In this document: positions 1-12,242 of the stretch, piece after piece
Layout of the letters: each line of letters begins with the position of its first letter
Numbering within the stretch: the stretch's first letter is position 1
The notes under the pieces: generated by a model
Database searches by the model: none
What the model was told of the DNA's origin: nothing
Seen by the model: the letters and a program-made list of their open reading frames with translations, nothing else
DNA from: Neoechinorhynchus agilis
Taxonomy: Eukaryota > Animalia > Acanthocephala
Assembly: GCA_051530055.1 (NCBI GenBank)
Contig: JBMGUZ010000049.1
Span: 1 to 20,888 of the forward strand
DNA length: 20,888 nt
Reading direction: 5' to 3'
Program-made: the position numbers and the translations under genes

Positions 1-3000
1 AACGCATAACTAACGAACCATAACAGCTATTGCAAATCTAAATGGAGATTTGGAATCAGCGCGTTAAGGTAGACCAGAATAATTGACGTTCTAAACTACA
101 ACTGCAATATTCGAAGCGGGAATCGCATTATCATATTTGGTCAAAAGTCAAAAGAGTAAAAGATCACTAAATTAGCAAGATTAATTAAAATTAGATAACA
201 CAATTGAAATCAGCGCATTAGATATGCTCAAAATGTTTTATCATTTCCAAACAACTTACGAGTACTACATATTTAATTTAGGTGCATTTTATGAACTTCA
301 ATCCTTAAACTAAATGTTAAAATTTAAAAAGCCACATCAAACAGTGATTGCAGGTGAATTCAGCGTCAAAAGTAGATCTAGAAAAGTTAATTATATCTTT
401 AATTTATTGACGTTTTAATATCAATAATCAAGGTAGTTTGTCTCAGAATTGAACAACGCATAACTCACGAACCATTACAGCTTTTGCAAATCTGGGTGAA
501 GATTTGGAATCAGCGCGTTAAGGTAGACCAGAATAACTGACCTTCTAAACTACAACTGCAATATTCGAAGCGGGAATCGCTTTATCATATTTGGTCAAAA
601 GTCACAAGAGTCAAAAATCACTATATTTGCAAGATTCATTAAAATTAGGTAACACAATTGAAATCAGCGCATTAAATGTGCTCATAATGTTTTATCATTT
701 CCTTACAACTTACGAGTACTACATATTTAATTCAGGTGTCTTTGATGAACTTCAATCCTTAAACTAAGTGTACAAATTTAAAAAGCCACATCAAACAGTT
801 ATTGCAGGTGAATTCAGCGTCAAAAGTAGATCTAGAAAAGTTAATTATAGCTAAAATTTATGGACGTTTTTATCTCAATAATCAAGGTAGTTTGTCTCAA
901 AATTGAACAACGCATAACTCACGAACCATTACAGCTATTGCAAATCTGGATGAAGATTTGGAATCAGCGCGTTAAGGTAGACCAGAATAACTGACTTTCA
1001 AAACTACAACTTAAATGTTCGAAGCGGGAATCGCATTATCATATTTGGTCAAAAGTCACAAGAGTCAAAGATCACTAAATTTGCAAGATTCATTAAAATT
1101 AGATAACACAACTGAAATCAGCGCATTAGATGTGCTCATAATCTTTTATCATTTCCTAACAAGTTTTGAGTACTACATATTTAATTCAGGTGTCTTTTAT
1201 GAACATCAATCCTTAAACTAAGTGTACAAATTTAACAAGCCACATCAAACAGTGATTGCAGGTGAATTCAGCGTAAAAAGTAGATCTAGAAAAGTTAATT
1301 ATAGCTAAAATTTATTGACGTTCTAATATCAATAATCAAGGTAGTTTGTCTCAAAATTGAACAACGCATAACTCACGAACCATTACAGCTATTGCAAATT
1401 CGGATGTAGATTTGGAATCAGCGCGTTAAGGTAGACCAGAATTACTGACCTTCTAAACTACAACTTCAATATTCCTAGCAGGAATCGCATTATCATATTT
1501 GGTCAAAAGTCACAAGAGTCAAAGATCACAAAATTTGCAAGATTCATTTAAATTAGATAACACAATTGAAATCAGCGCATCAGATGTGCTCAGAATGTAT
1601 TATCATTTCCTAACAACTTACGAGTACTACATATTTAATTCAGGTGTCTTTTATGAACTTCAATCCTTAAACTAAGTGTACAAATTTAACAAGCCACATC
1701 AAACAGTGATTGCAGGTGAATTCAGCGTCAAAAGTAGATCTAGAAAAGTTATTTATAGCTAAAATTTATTGACGTTTTAATATCAATAATCAAGGTAGCT
1801 TGTCTCAAAATTGAACAACGCATAACTCACGAACCATTACAGCTATTGCAAATCTGGATGGAGATTTGGAATCAGCGCGTTAAGGTAGACCAGAATTACT
1901 GACCTTCTAAACTACAACTGCAATATTCGGAGCGGGAATCGCATTATCATATTTGGTCAAAAGTCACAAGAGTCAAAGATCACTATATTCGCAAGATTCA
2001 TTAAAATTAGGTAACACAATTGAAATCAGCGCATTAGATGTGCTCATAATGTTTTATCATTTTCTAACAACTTACGAGTACTACATATTTAATTCAGGTG
2101 TCTTTTATGAACTTCAATCCTTAAACTAAGTGTAACAATTTAAAAAGCCACATCAAACAGTGATTGCAGGTGAATTCAGCGTCAAAAGTTGATCTAGAAA
2201 AGTTAATTATAGCTAAAATTTATTGACGTTTTAATATCAATAATCATGGTAGTTTGTCTCAAAATTGAACAACGCATAACTCACGAACCATTACAGCTAT
2301 TGCAAATCTGGATGGAGATTTGGAATCAGCGCGTTAAGTTAGACCAAATTAACTGACCTTCTAAACTACAACTGCAATATTCGAAGCGGGAATCGCATTA
2401 TCATATTTGGTCAAAAGTCACAAGAGTCAAAGATCACTAAATTTGCAAGATTCATTAAAATTAGATAACACAATTGAAATCAGCGCATTAGATGTACTCA
2501 TAATGTCTTATCATTTCCTAACAACTTACGAGTACTACAGATTTAATTCAGGTTCCTTCTTTGAACTTGAATCCTAAAACTAAATGTAAAAATTTAAAAA
2601 GCCACATCAAACAGTGATTGCAGGTGAATTCAGCGTCAAAAGTAGATCTAGAAAAGTTAATTATATCTTTAATTTATTAAAGTTTAAATATCAATAATCA
2701 AGGTAGTTTGTCTAAAAATTGAACAACGCATAACTCACGAACCATTACAGCTATTGCAAATCTGGATGAAGATTTGACATCAGCGCGTTAAGGTAGACCA
2801 GAATAACTGACTTTCAAAACTACAACTTAAATGTTCGAAGCGGGAATCGCATTATCATATTTGGTCAAAAGTCACAAGAGTCAAAGATCACTAAATTTGC
2901 AAGATTCATTAAAATTAGATAACACAATTGAAATCACCGCATTAGATGTGCTCATAATGTTTTATCATTTCCTAACAACTTACGAGTACTACATATTTAA

Positions 3001-6000
3001 TTCAGGTGTCTTTTATGAACTTCAATCCTTAAACTAAGTGTACAAATTTAAAAAGCCACATCAAACAGTGATTGCAGGTGAATTCAGCGTCAAAAGTAGA
3101 TCTAGAAAAGTTAACACTAGCTAAAATTTATTGACGTTTTAATATCAATAATAAAGCTAGTTTGTCTCAAAATTGAGCAACGCATAACTCACGAACCAAT
3201 ACAGCTATTGCAAATCTGGATGTAGATTTGGAATCAGCGCGTTAAGGTAGACCAGATTAACTGACTTTCTAGACTACAACTTCAATATTCCTAGCGGGAA
3301 TCGCATTATCATATTTGGTCAAAAGTCACAAGAGTCAAAGATCAATAAATTTGCAGGATTATTTTAAATTAGATAACACAATTGAAATCAGCGCATTAGA
3401 TGTGCCGATAATGTTTTATCATTTCCTAACAAGTTACGAGTACTACATATTTAATTCAGGTGTCTTTTATGAACATCAATCCTTAAACTAAGTGTACAAA
3501 TTTAACAAGCCACATCAAACAGTGATTGAAGGTGAATTCAGCGTAAAAAGTAGATCTAGAAAAGTTAATTATAGCTAAAATTTATTGACGTTCTAATATA
3601 AATAATCAAGGTAGTTTGTCTAAAAATTGAACAACGCATAATTCACGAACCATTACAGCTATTGCAAATCTGGATAGAGATTTGGAATCAGCGCGTTAAG
3701 GTAGACCAGATAAACTGACTTGCTAGACTACAACTTACATATTCCTAGCGGGAATCGCATTATCATATTTCGTCAAAAGTCACAAGAGTCAAAGATCACT
3801 AAATTTGCAAGATTCATTTAAATTAGATAACACAATTGAAATCAGCGCATTAAATATGAACAAAATGTTTTATCATTTCCTAACAACTTACGAGTACTAC
3901 ATATTTAATTCAGGTGCATTTTATGAACTTCAATCCTTAAACTAAATGTTAAAATTTAAAAAGCCACATCAAACAGGGATTGCAGGTGAATTCAGCGTCA
4001 AAAGTAGATCTAGAAAAGTTAATTATAGCTAAAATTTATTGACGTTCTAATATCAATAATCAAGGTAGTTTGTCTAAAAATTGAACAACGCATAACTCAC
4101 GAACCATTACAGCTATTGCAAATCTGGATGGAGATTTGAAATCAGCGCGTTAAGATAGACCAGATTAACTGACTTTCTAAACTACAACTGCAATATTCGA
4201 AGCGGGAATCGCATTATCATATTTGGTCAAAAGTCACAAGAGTCAAAGATCACTAAATTTGCAAGATTCATTAAAATTAGATGACACAATTGAAATCAGC
4301 GCATTAGATGTGCTCATAATGTTTTATCATTTCCTAACAACTTACGAGTACTACATATTTAATTCAGGTGCCTTTTATGAACTTCAATCCTTAAACTAAG
4401 TGTAAAAATTCTATAAGTTACATCAAACAGTCGAATATTGCAGGTGAATTCAGAGTTAAAAGTAGATCTAGAAAAGTAAATTATATCTTAAGTTTGTTGA
4501 CGTTTTTATATATATAATATAGGGAGTTTGTCTCAAAATTGAACAACGGATAACTCACGAACCATTACAGCTATTGCAAATCTGGATGGAGATTCTGAAT
4601 CAGCACGTTAAGGTGGACCAGAAAAACTGACTTTCTAAACTACAACTGAAATATTCGAAGCGGGAATCGCATTATCATATTTGGTCAAAAGTCACAAGAG
4701 TCAAAGATCACTAAATTTGCAAGATTCATTTAAATTAGATAACACAATTGAAATCAGCGCATTAGATGTGCTCATAATGTTTTATCATTTCCTAACAACT
4801 TACGAGTACTACATATTTAATTCAGGTGCCTTTTATGAACTTCAATCCTTAAACTAAGTGTAAAAATTTAAAAAGCCACATCAAACAGTGATTGCAGGTG
4901 AATTGAGCGTCAAAGGTACATCTAGAAAAGTTTATTATAGCTAAAATTTATTGACGTTTTAATATCAATAATCAAGGTAGTTTGTCTCAAAATTGAACAA
5001 CGCATAACTCACGAACCATTACAGCTATTGAAAATCCGGATGGAGATTTTGAATCACCGCGTTAAGGTAGACCAGATTAACTTACTTTCTAAACTACAAC
5101 TGCAATATTCGAAGCGGGAATCGCATTATCATATTTGGTCAAAAGTTACAAGAGTCAAAGATCACTAAATTTTCAAGATTCATTAAAATTAGATAACACA
5201 ATTGAAATCAGCGCATTAAATATGAACAAAATGTTTTATCATTTCCTAACAACTTACGAGTACTGCAGATTTAATAAAGGTGTCTTTTATGAACTTCAAT
5301 CCTTAAACTAAGTGTACAAATTTAAAAAGCCACATCAAACAGTTATTTCAGGTGAATTCAGCGTCAAAATTAGATCTAGAAAAGTTATTTATATCTTCAA
5401 TTTATTGAAGTTTTAATATCAATAATCAAGGTAGTTTGTCTCAAAATTGAACAACGCATAACTCACGAACCATTACAGCTATTGCAAATCTGGATGGAGA
5501 TTTTGAATCAGCGCGTTAAGTTAGACCAGATTAACTGACTTTCTAAACTACAACTGCAATATTCGAAGAGGGAATCGCATTAGCATATTTGGTAAAAAGT
5601 CACAGGAGTCAAAGATCACTAAATTTGCAAGATTCATTAAAATTGGATAACACAATTGAAATCAGCGCATAAAATGTGAACAAAATGTTTTATTATTTCT
5701 TAACAACTTACGAGTACAACAGATTTAATTCAGGTGTCTTTTATGAACTTCAATCCTTAAACTAAGTGTAAAAATTCTATAAGCCACATCAAACAGTGAT
5801 TGCAGGTGAATTCAGAGTTAAAAGTAGATCTAGAAAAGTAAATTATATCTTAAATTTATTTACGTTTTTATATATATAATCAAGGGAGTTTGTCTCAAAA
5901 TTGAACAACGGATAACTCACGAACCATTATAGCTATTGCAAATCTGGATGGAGATTCTGAATCAGCACGTTAAGGTGGACCAGAAAAACTGACTTTCTAA

Positions 6001-8784
6001 ACTACAACTTCAATATTCGGAGCGGGAATCGCATTATCATATTTGGTCAAAAGTCACAAGAGTCAAAGATCACTAAATATGCAAGATTCATTGAAATTGG
6101 GTAACACAATTGAAATCAGCGCATTAGATATGCTCAAAATGTTTTATCATTTACTAACAACTTACGAGTACTACATATTTAATTCAGGTGTCTTTTATGA
6201 ACTTCTATCCTTAAACAAAGTGTAAAAATTTAAAAAGCCACATCAAACAGTAATTGCAGGTTAATTCAGCGTCAAATGCAGATCCAGAAAAGTTAATTAT
6301 TTCTTACATTTATTGACGTTTTAATATCAATAATCAAGGTAGTTATTCTACAAATTGAACAACGCATGACTCAAGAACCATTACAGCCATCGCAAATCTA
6401 GATACAGATTTGGAATCAGCGCGTTAAAATGCCCAGATTAACTGACTTCCCAAGCTGCAACTGCAATATTCGAAGCGGAAATCGCATGATCATATTTGGT
6501 CAAAAGTCACAAGAGTCAAAGATCACTAAATTTGAAAGATTCATTACAATTAGATAAATTAATTGAAATCAGCGCATTAGATATGCTCAAAATGTTTCAT
6601 CATTTCGTAACAACTTACGAGTACTACAGATTTAATTCAGGTGTCTTTTATGAACTTCGATCCTTAAACTAAGTGTAAAAATTTAAAAAGTCACATCAAA
6701 CCGTGACTGCAGGTCGATTAAGCGTCAACAGTAGATCTAGAAAAGTTAATTTTATCTTACATTTATTGACGTTATAATATCAATAATCAACGTAGTTTGT
6801 CTGCAAATTGAACGACGCACAACTCAAGAACCATTACAGCCGTCGCAAATCTGGATACAGATTTAGAATCAGCGCGTTAAAATTGACCAGATTAACTGAC
6901 TGCCTAAACTACAACTGCAATATTCGAAGCGGAAATCGCATTATCATATTTGGTAAAAAGTCACAAGGGTCAAAGATCGCTTAATTTGCAAGATTCATTA
7001 CAATTAGATAACTTAATTGAAATCAGCGCATTAGATGTGCTCAAAATGTTTCATCATTTCGTAACAACTTACGAGTACTACAGATTTAATTAAAGTGTCT
7101 TTTATGAACTTCGATCCTTAAACTAAGTGTAAAAATTAAAAAAGTCACATCAAACCGTGATTGCAGGTTAATTAAACGTCAACCGTAGATCTAGAAAAAT
7201 TGATTTTATCTTAAATTTATTGACGTTTTAATATCAATAATCAAGGTAGCTTGTCTACAAATTGAACAACGCATAACTCAAGAACCATTACAGCCATCGC
7301 AAATCTGGATACAGATTTGGAACCAGCGCGTTAAAACGGACAGGATTAACTGACTTCCTAAACTACAGCTGAATTATTCGAAGCGGAAATCGCATGATCA
7401 TATTTGGTGAAAAGTCACAAGAGTAAAAGATCACTAAACTTGCAAGATTCATTAAAATTAGATAACACAATTGAAATCAGCGCATTAGATATGCTCAAAA
7501 TGTTTCATCATTTCGTAACAACTTAAGAGTACTACAGATTTAATTCAGGTGTCTTTTATGAACTTCAATCCTTAAACTCAGTGTAAAAATTAAAAAAGTC
7601 ACATCAAACCGTGATCGCAGGTTAATACAGCGTCAAAAGTAGATCTAGAGAGGTTAATTTTATCTTATATTTATTGACGTTTTAATATCAATAATCAAGG
7701 TAGTTTGTCTCAAAATTGAACAGCGCATAACTCACGAACCATTAGAGCTATTGCAAATCTGGATGTAGATTTGGAATCAGCGCGTTAAGGTAGACCAGAC
7801 TAACTGACCTTCTAAACTACAACTGCAATATTCGAAGCGGGAATCGCATTATCATATTTGGTAAAAAGTCACAAGAGTCAAAGATAACTAAATTTGCAAG
7901 ATTCATAAAAATTAGATAACACAATTGAAATCAGCGTATTAGATATGCTAAAAATGTTTTATCATTTCCTTACAACTTACGAGTACTGCAGATTTAATTC
8001 AGGTGCCTTTTATGAACTTCAATCCTTAAACTAAATGTAAAAATTTAAAAAGCCAAATCAAACAGGGATTGCAGGTGAATTCAGCGTTAAAAGTAGATCT
8101 AGAAAAGTTAATTATATCTTTAATTTATTGACATTTTAATATCAATAATCAAGGTAGTTTGTCTCAAAATTGAACAACGCATAACTCACGAACCATTACA
8201 GCTATTGCAAATCTGGATGGAGATTTGGAATCAGCGCGTGAAGGTAGACTAGACGAACTGACTTTCTAAACTACAACTGCAATATTCGAAGCGGGAATCG
8301 CATTATCATATTTGGTCAAAAGTTACAAGAGTCAAAGATCACTAAGTTTGCAAGATTCATTAAAATTAGGTAACACAATTGAAATCAGCGCATTAGATAT
8401 GCTCAAAATGTTGTATCATTTCGTAACAACTTACGATTACCACAGATTTATTTCAGGTGTCTTTTATCAACTTAAATCCTTAAACTAAGTGTAAAGTCTA
8501 AAAAGCCACATAAAACTGTTATTGCAGGTGAATTCAGCGTCAAAAGTTGATCTAGAAAAGTTAATTTGATCCTAAATTGATTGACGTTTTAATATCAATA
8601 ATCAAGGTAGTTTGTCTCAAAATTGAACAACGAATAACTCAGGAACCATTACAGCTATCGAAAATCTGGATACGGATTTGGAATCAGCGCGTTAAGATGT
8701 ACTAAACTAACTGAATCCCTAAACTACAGCTGCAATATTTGGATCGGAAATCGCATTATAATATTTGGTAAATAGTCACAAGAG
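1..8784. repeat. Tandem satellite array, 454-bp monomer, about 19.3 copies (runs off the left edge)
   Basis: Anchor AACGCATAAC (or a variant) at 1, 455, 909, 1363, 1817, 2271, 2725, 3179, 3633, 4087, 4545, 4999, 5453, 5907, 6361, 6814, 7268, 7722, 8176, 8629; period 453-458, mostly 454. Ends abruptly at AGTCACAAGAG (8784). Confidence 0.98.
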
Positions 8785-10403
8785 CAATCGATTTCGGTTT
8801 TCCTGTATGTTATTCGCTCAAAATCTGGACATATCTCATGAGCACAGGATCTAATTTTTAAGCAGATGGCGTCATGTTTTCGACACAAACAACGAAAAAA
8901 TAAAGCAATAAGACACTGCCGTCGATCTCTGTTTTCCTGTATGTGATTTGCTATAAATCAGAAGATATTGCATCAGCACGTGTTGTAATTTTAAAACTGA
9001 AGACGTCATGGTTTCGATATAAAAAACGAATAAATTGAAGCACAAATTAAACGCTGTAGTCAATTTATGTTTCCGGTATGTTATTGGCTCAAAATCAGAA
9101 TATTTTGCCTTAGCACGCGTTTGAATTTGTAAAACTTCTGAAGTTTTTTGCAGCAAGTAAACGCCCGACGTAATCATGACTTTCTCAATGGTAGAGGAAT
9201 TATGGATTTAACATATAATCGTTGTAAACAACGAAAAAAATAAAGCAGCAATAAAACACTGCCGTCGATTTCTTTTTTCCTTTATATTATTTGCTATAAA
9301 TCATAAGATATTGCATCATCACGTGTTGTAATTTAAAACTGACGACTTCGTAATTTCGATATAAAAAACGAATAAATTAAAGCACCAATAAAACACTTCT
9401 TTTCATTTTTGTTTTCCTATATGTTATTTGCTCGAAATCGAAATGAATTGCATAAGCACGTGTTTTAATTTTTAAAACTCATTACGCTTTTTTCAACGAG
9501 ATAAGTTCGGACGTAACTCTGACTGTCTCGATGGTAGACGCGTTATGGATTTAACGTGTTTTCAATATAAACAACGAAAATAATAAAGCAGCAATAACAT
9601 ACTGCAATCGATTTCGGTTTTCCTGTATGTTATTCGCTCAAAATCAGGAGATATCTCATGAGCACAGGTTCTAATTTTTAAGCAGATGACGTCATGTTTT
9701 CGACACAAACAACGAAAAAAATAAAGCAGCAATAAAACACTGCCGTCGATTTCTGTTTTCCTGTATGTTATTTGCTATAAATGAGAAGATATTGAATGAG
9801 CACCTTTTTCAATTTTTAAACTGATGACGTTTTTGCAACGAGCAAACAGCGGGGGTAACTTGGTTTCGATGTAAACAACGAGAAAAGTAAAGGAGCAATA
9901 ATATACTGCGCTCAATTTTGTTTTCCTGTATGTTATTTGCTCAAAATGAGAAGATATTGCATGGCACGTGTTCTAATCTTTAGGCCGATCGAGTCATGTT
10001 CTCGATGTAAAAAACGAAAAAACCAAAGCACCAATAAAACACCGCAGTCGATCTCTGTTTTCTTGCATGTTATTTGCAATAAATATGAAAATATTGCATG
10101 ATCACGTGTTCTAATTTACAAACTGATGACGTAATGCTTTCAATATAAACTACGAAAAAGAAGCAGCACGGAAAAACTTCGGTGGATTTATGTTTTTCTG
10201 TTTGTCATTTTCTCAAAATCAGAAGACATTGCATGATCATGTGTTTTAATTTTTGAACTGATGACGTCATGTTTTTGTTAAAAACAACGAAAAGACTAAA
10301 GCAAGAATAAAACGCTGCTGTCGATTTCTGTATTTCTGTTTGTTATTTTTTCAAAATTGGAAGATATTGCATGAGTACGTGTTCTTATTTTTAAACTGAT
10401 GAT
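8785..10403. repeat. Diverged tandem array, ~137-bp unit, about 11-12 copies
   Basis: Anchor GTTTTCCTGTATG or a variant at ~8797, 8931, 9069, 9275, 9411, 9617, 9755, 9920, 10057, 10192, 10330. Most spacings are 134-138 bp; three units are expanded (~165 and ~205 bp). Recurrent AAACAACGAAAA, GCACGTG and GACGTCATG. Confidence 0.92.
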
Positions 10404-10448
10404 GGATAAACGGCGGACGTTGCTCATTTTTAAAGTTATTGGATCATT

Positions 10449-10842
10449 GAACGTTTTAAAAGCTTCTCTGCCCGCTAAGAGAGCTTTACTTGAAGTTATC
10501 AACAAGCCTTCCTCTCGTCATAGCTTATATACTAAACCTAACCCTTACATTGGTTTCCTGGAGAGGGGGCACTCTATGTATGCCCAGGTTTTTGACATCG
10601 TGCTGCAATGTAATTTTGCTAGCGTCACAAGGCTCTTTTTATGATACAATTCAATCGAAACAAAACACGTTCAATCAGCTAATGTTCAGAACTTTTTAAC
10701 TTTCAATGATGTAGTTAATTTCACGAAACGTCGAAAACAAATCTAGTCGTCAATTCTAGGCGGGTTCCGAGAGCTTCGACTGACGTCATTTATAAGCACT
10801 CATTCACGTCGTAGCTCATATGCTATGCCTAGCCCTTACTGG
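10449..10842. repeat. Non-tandem block, copy 1 of a dispersed duplication (copy 2 at 20495-20888)
   Basis: Direct match to 20495-20888 at offset 10046; I count 7 substitutions in 394 bp. Confidence 0.97.
10781..10796 (+). promoter_or_regulatory. Possible Pol II core promoter: CRE palindrome directly followed by a TATA-like box
   Basis: TGACGTCA-TT-TATAAG at 10781-10796, identical in copy 2 at 20827-20842. Motif match only. Confidence 0.25.
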
Positions 10843-10941
10843 GATCTCTTCTCCGAGATTAAGTGAACCTTTTTAAGATAAGGTGGCCGCTTGTCATTCT
10901 TCACGGCAAAGATAGGTTGCAAATTTTTGGATGCTGCATCC
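10820..10941 (+). ncRNA. Candidate Sm-class small RNA (spliced-leader-like geometry); 5' end uncertain
   Basis: ATAAG|GT at 10878-10884, GCCG/CGGC stem, Sm-site match AATTTTTGG at 10922-10930, terminal hairpin GGATG-CTG-CATCC at 10929-10941, then a T-run. Does not match any U snRNA I recognise. Confidence 0.2.
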
Positions 10942-11229
10942 TTTTTTAAAACGTAGTGATTTTTAACGTATCTAATTACGGCACCAATCGGTTCACCTGA
11001 TTAAATTTTTTATTCTACCAGCTTTAAAAATCGATTGTAAATTTTCATTTGAAAAAACATTAAAAAACACTTAAGAAGACGATTAAAATCGCAGTTGATT
11101 TAAAAAGACTTTCGAAAAGCACATTACGTGGTTACTCCTCATAAATTATTTTTCGATTAAAAAAACAGTGATAAAATTTTAAACGCGCGCCAAATGATTA
11201 CGCAAGTAATAATTCTTTCGTTTTTTTGC

Positions 11230-12119
11230 ACATTATAAATTGCTGCCCGTTTCCTAAAGCTGCCTCCATGTTCCTGTATCGTTCTTTTTTGTTCGCCTAT
11301 GAAATGAGCGATTTTGGAGCTATGGGATTATGAAGGCATCTTAGCGCGTCCGTGAACGTAAGTAATTTGTTGGAAACGTATTTTTCCCTATCAATGGAGC
11401 CTTCCGATCGATGGAGGATATCGCTCTCCGTCTCCAGAAAGCATCTGTACCTTGAATGGAAGTTATTTTTGCTTTATTCATCTACCACACTAAAGCGTTA
11501 CTTGGAGAGATTAGACTCAGCTCACACTCATCGAAAGCTCCTTCCCCTAAGTTCCTTGTAAGTTTAAGAATCTTCTTTAGTCTGCACCTCCATTGCTCTC
11601 TTTACGTCTGAGATTAGCGGGGCGATGTCGCATGAGGCTTCGAGCTTAACCATTAAGGATGGAATTGCATAGTCGTTTAGAAGGTTAACGTCTTTTAATA
11701 GGGTCGTGTGACTGCTTTGATTTCAGTCCTCGAGAGCTTTCGCAGGGATAAGTACCTGACTCATTAATCCAAACGATGAATTTTTGGCTGTGCGAGATCG
11801 AATTCGAAGAGGAACATCGTCGCTTGGAGTTTGCCCGACAAAATCGCATTGATAGGCAGTCGCTGCGGACCTCAAGATGAAGTGAACTGATAGTTCGTTG
11901 TAATTTTTAGTAGCATCCAGTGTGTCATTTAATGTGAGATTTGCATCAAGAATCATTTTTACTATATGAAGTGAAACAGGGTCCAAGATGCGGTCCTTTA
12001 CTCTCCTCCATTGTGTAGGTTTCTCGAGGACGACAAAGGCGGCGGTCACCAGTACCATTGTTGAATTTTTCTTTAGCTTTATAATTTTGAGGCCGAGACT
12101 TGAAGCCTTGACAAAATCT
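11230..12119 (-). pseudogene. Decayed coding-like sequence, probably further retroelement ORF remnants (thumb/linker-like)
   Basis: Long open stretch (ORF track 11723-12292) plus broken frames such as LLNDYAIPSLMVKL and AFWRRRAISSIDRKAP, which loosely resemble RLE thumb and linker segments. No decisive motif. Confidence 0.35.
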
Positions 12120-12242
12120 GTGGCTGTACGAAACGCATTTTGCTGGATTGAAGGACAATCCAATGCTTCGCAATTCTGTAACCGCAACATCGAGCTTATT
12201 CTGAAGTCCGGCCTTATCCTTACTGACCAACAAAATATCATC
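12120..12242 (-). pseudogene. Reverse transcriptase fragment (catalytic DD through NPAKC)
   Basis: Translates DDILLVSKDKAGLQNKLDVAVTELRSIGLSFNPAKCVSYSH, matching the non-LTR RT pattern ADD-x-LL...GLQ..LD.....L..GL..NPAKC. Confidence 0.75.

Noticed and set aside
1015-6225. Short ORFs at 1015, 2831 and 6043 (also 15184, 15318, 16935)
   Set aside because: They are translations of satellite monomers; the frame is broken in most copies and has no protein motif.
8872-9177. 101-aa minus-strand ORF
   Set aside because: Lies wholly within the 137-bp repeats and has no motif.
1-10403. CRISPR array or bacterial repeat system
   Set aside because: The units are full-length tandem monomers without unique spacers, there are no cas genes, and the context is eukaryotic.
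10296-10699. Overlapping 69-81 aa ORFs in the duplicated block (and at 20454-20745)
   Set aside because: Short, overlapping in several frames, non-ATG or differing starts between copies, and no recognisable domain.
10820-10941. Assignment to U1, U4, U5 or U12 snRNA
   Set aside because: Only scattered short matches; no U1 5' end, no U4 kink-turn and no closed U5 loop 1.
11260-11290. Minus-strand GAACGATACAG resembling U6 snRNA
   Set aside because: Only 11 nt; the essential ACAGAGA box is broken (ACAGGAA) and the flanking U6 stems are absent.
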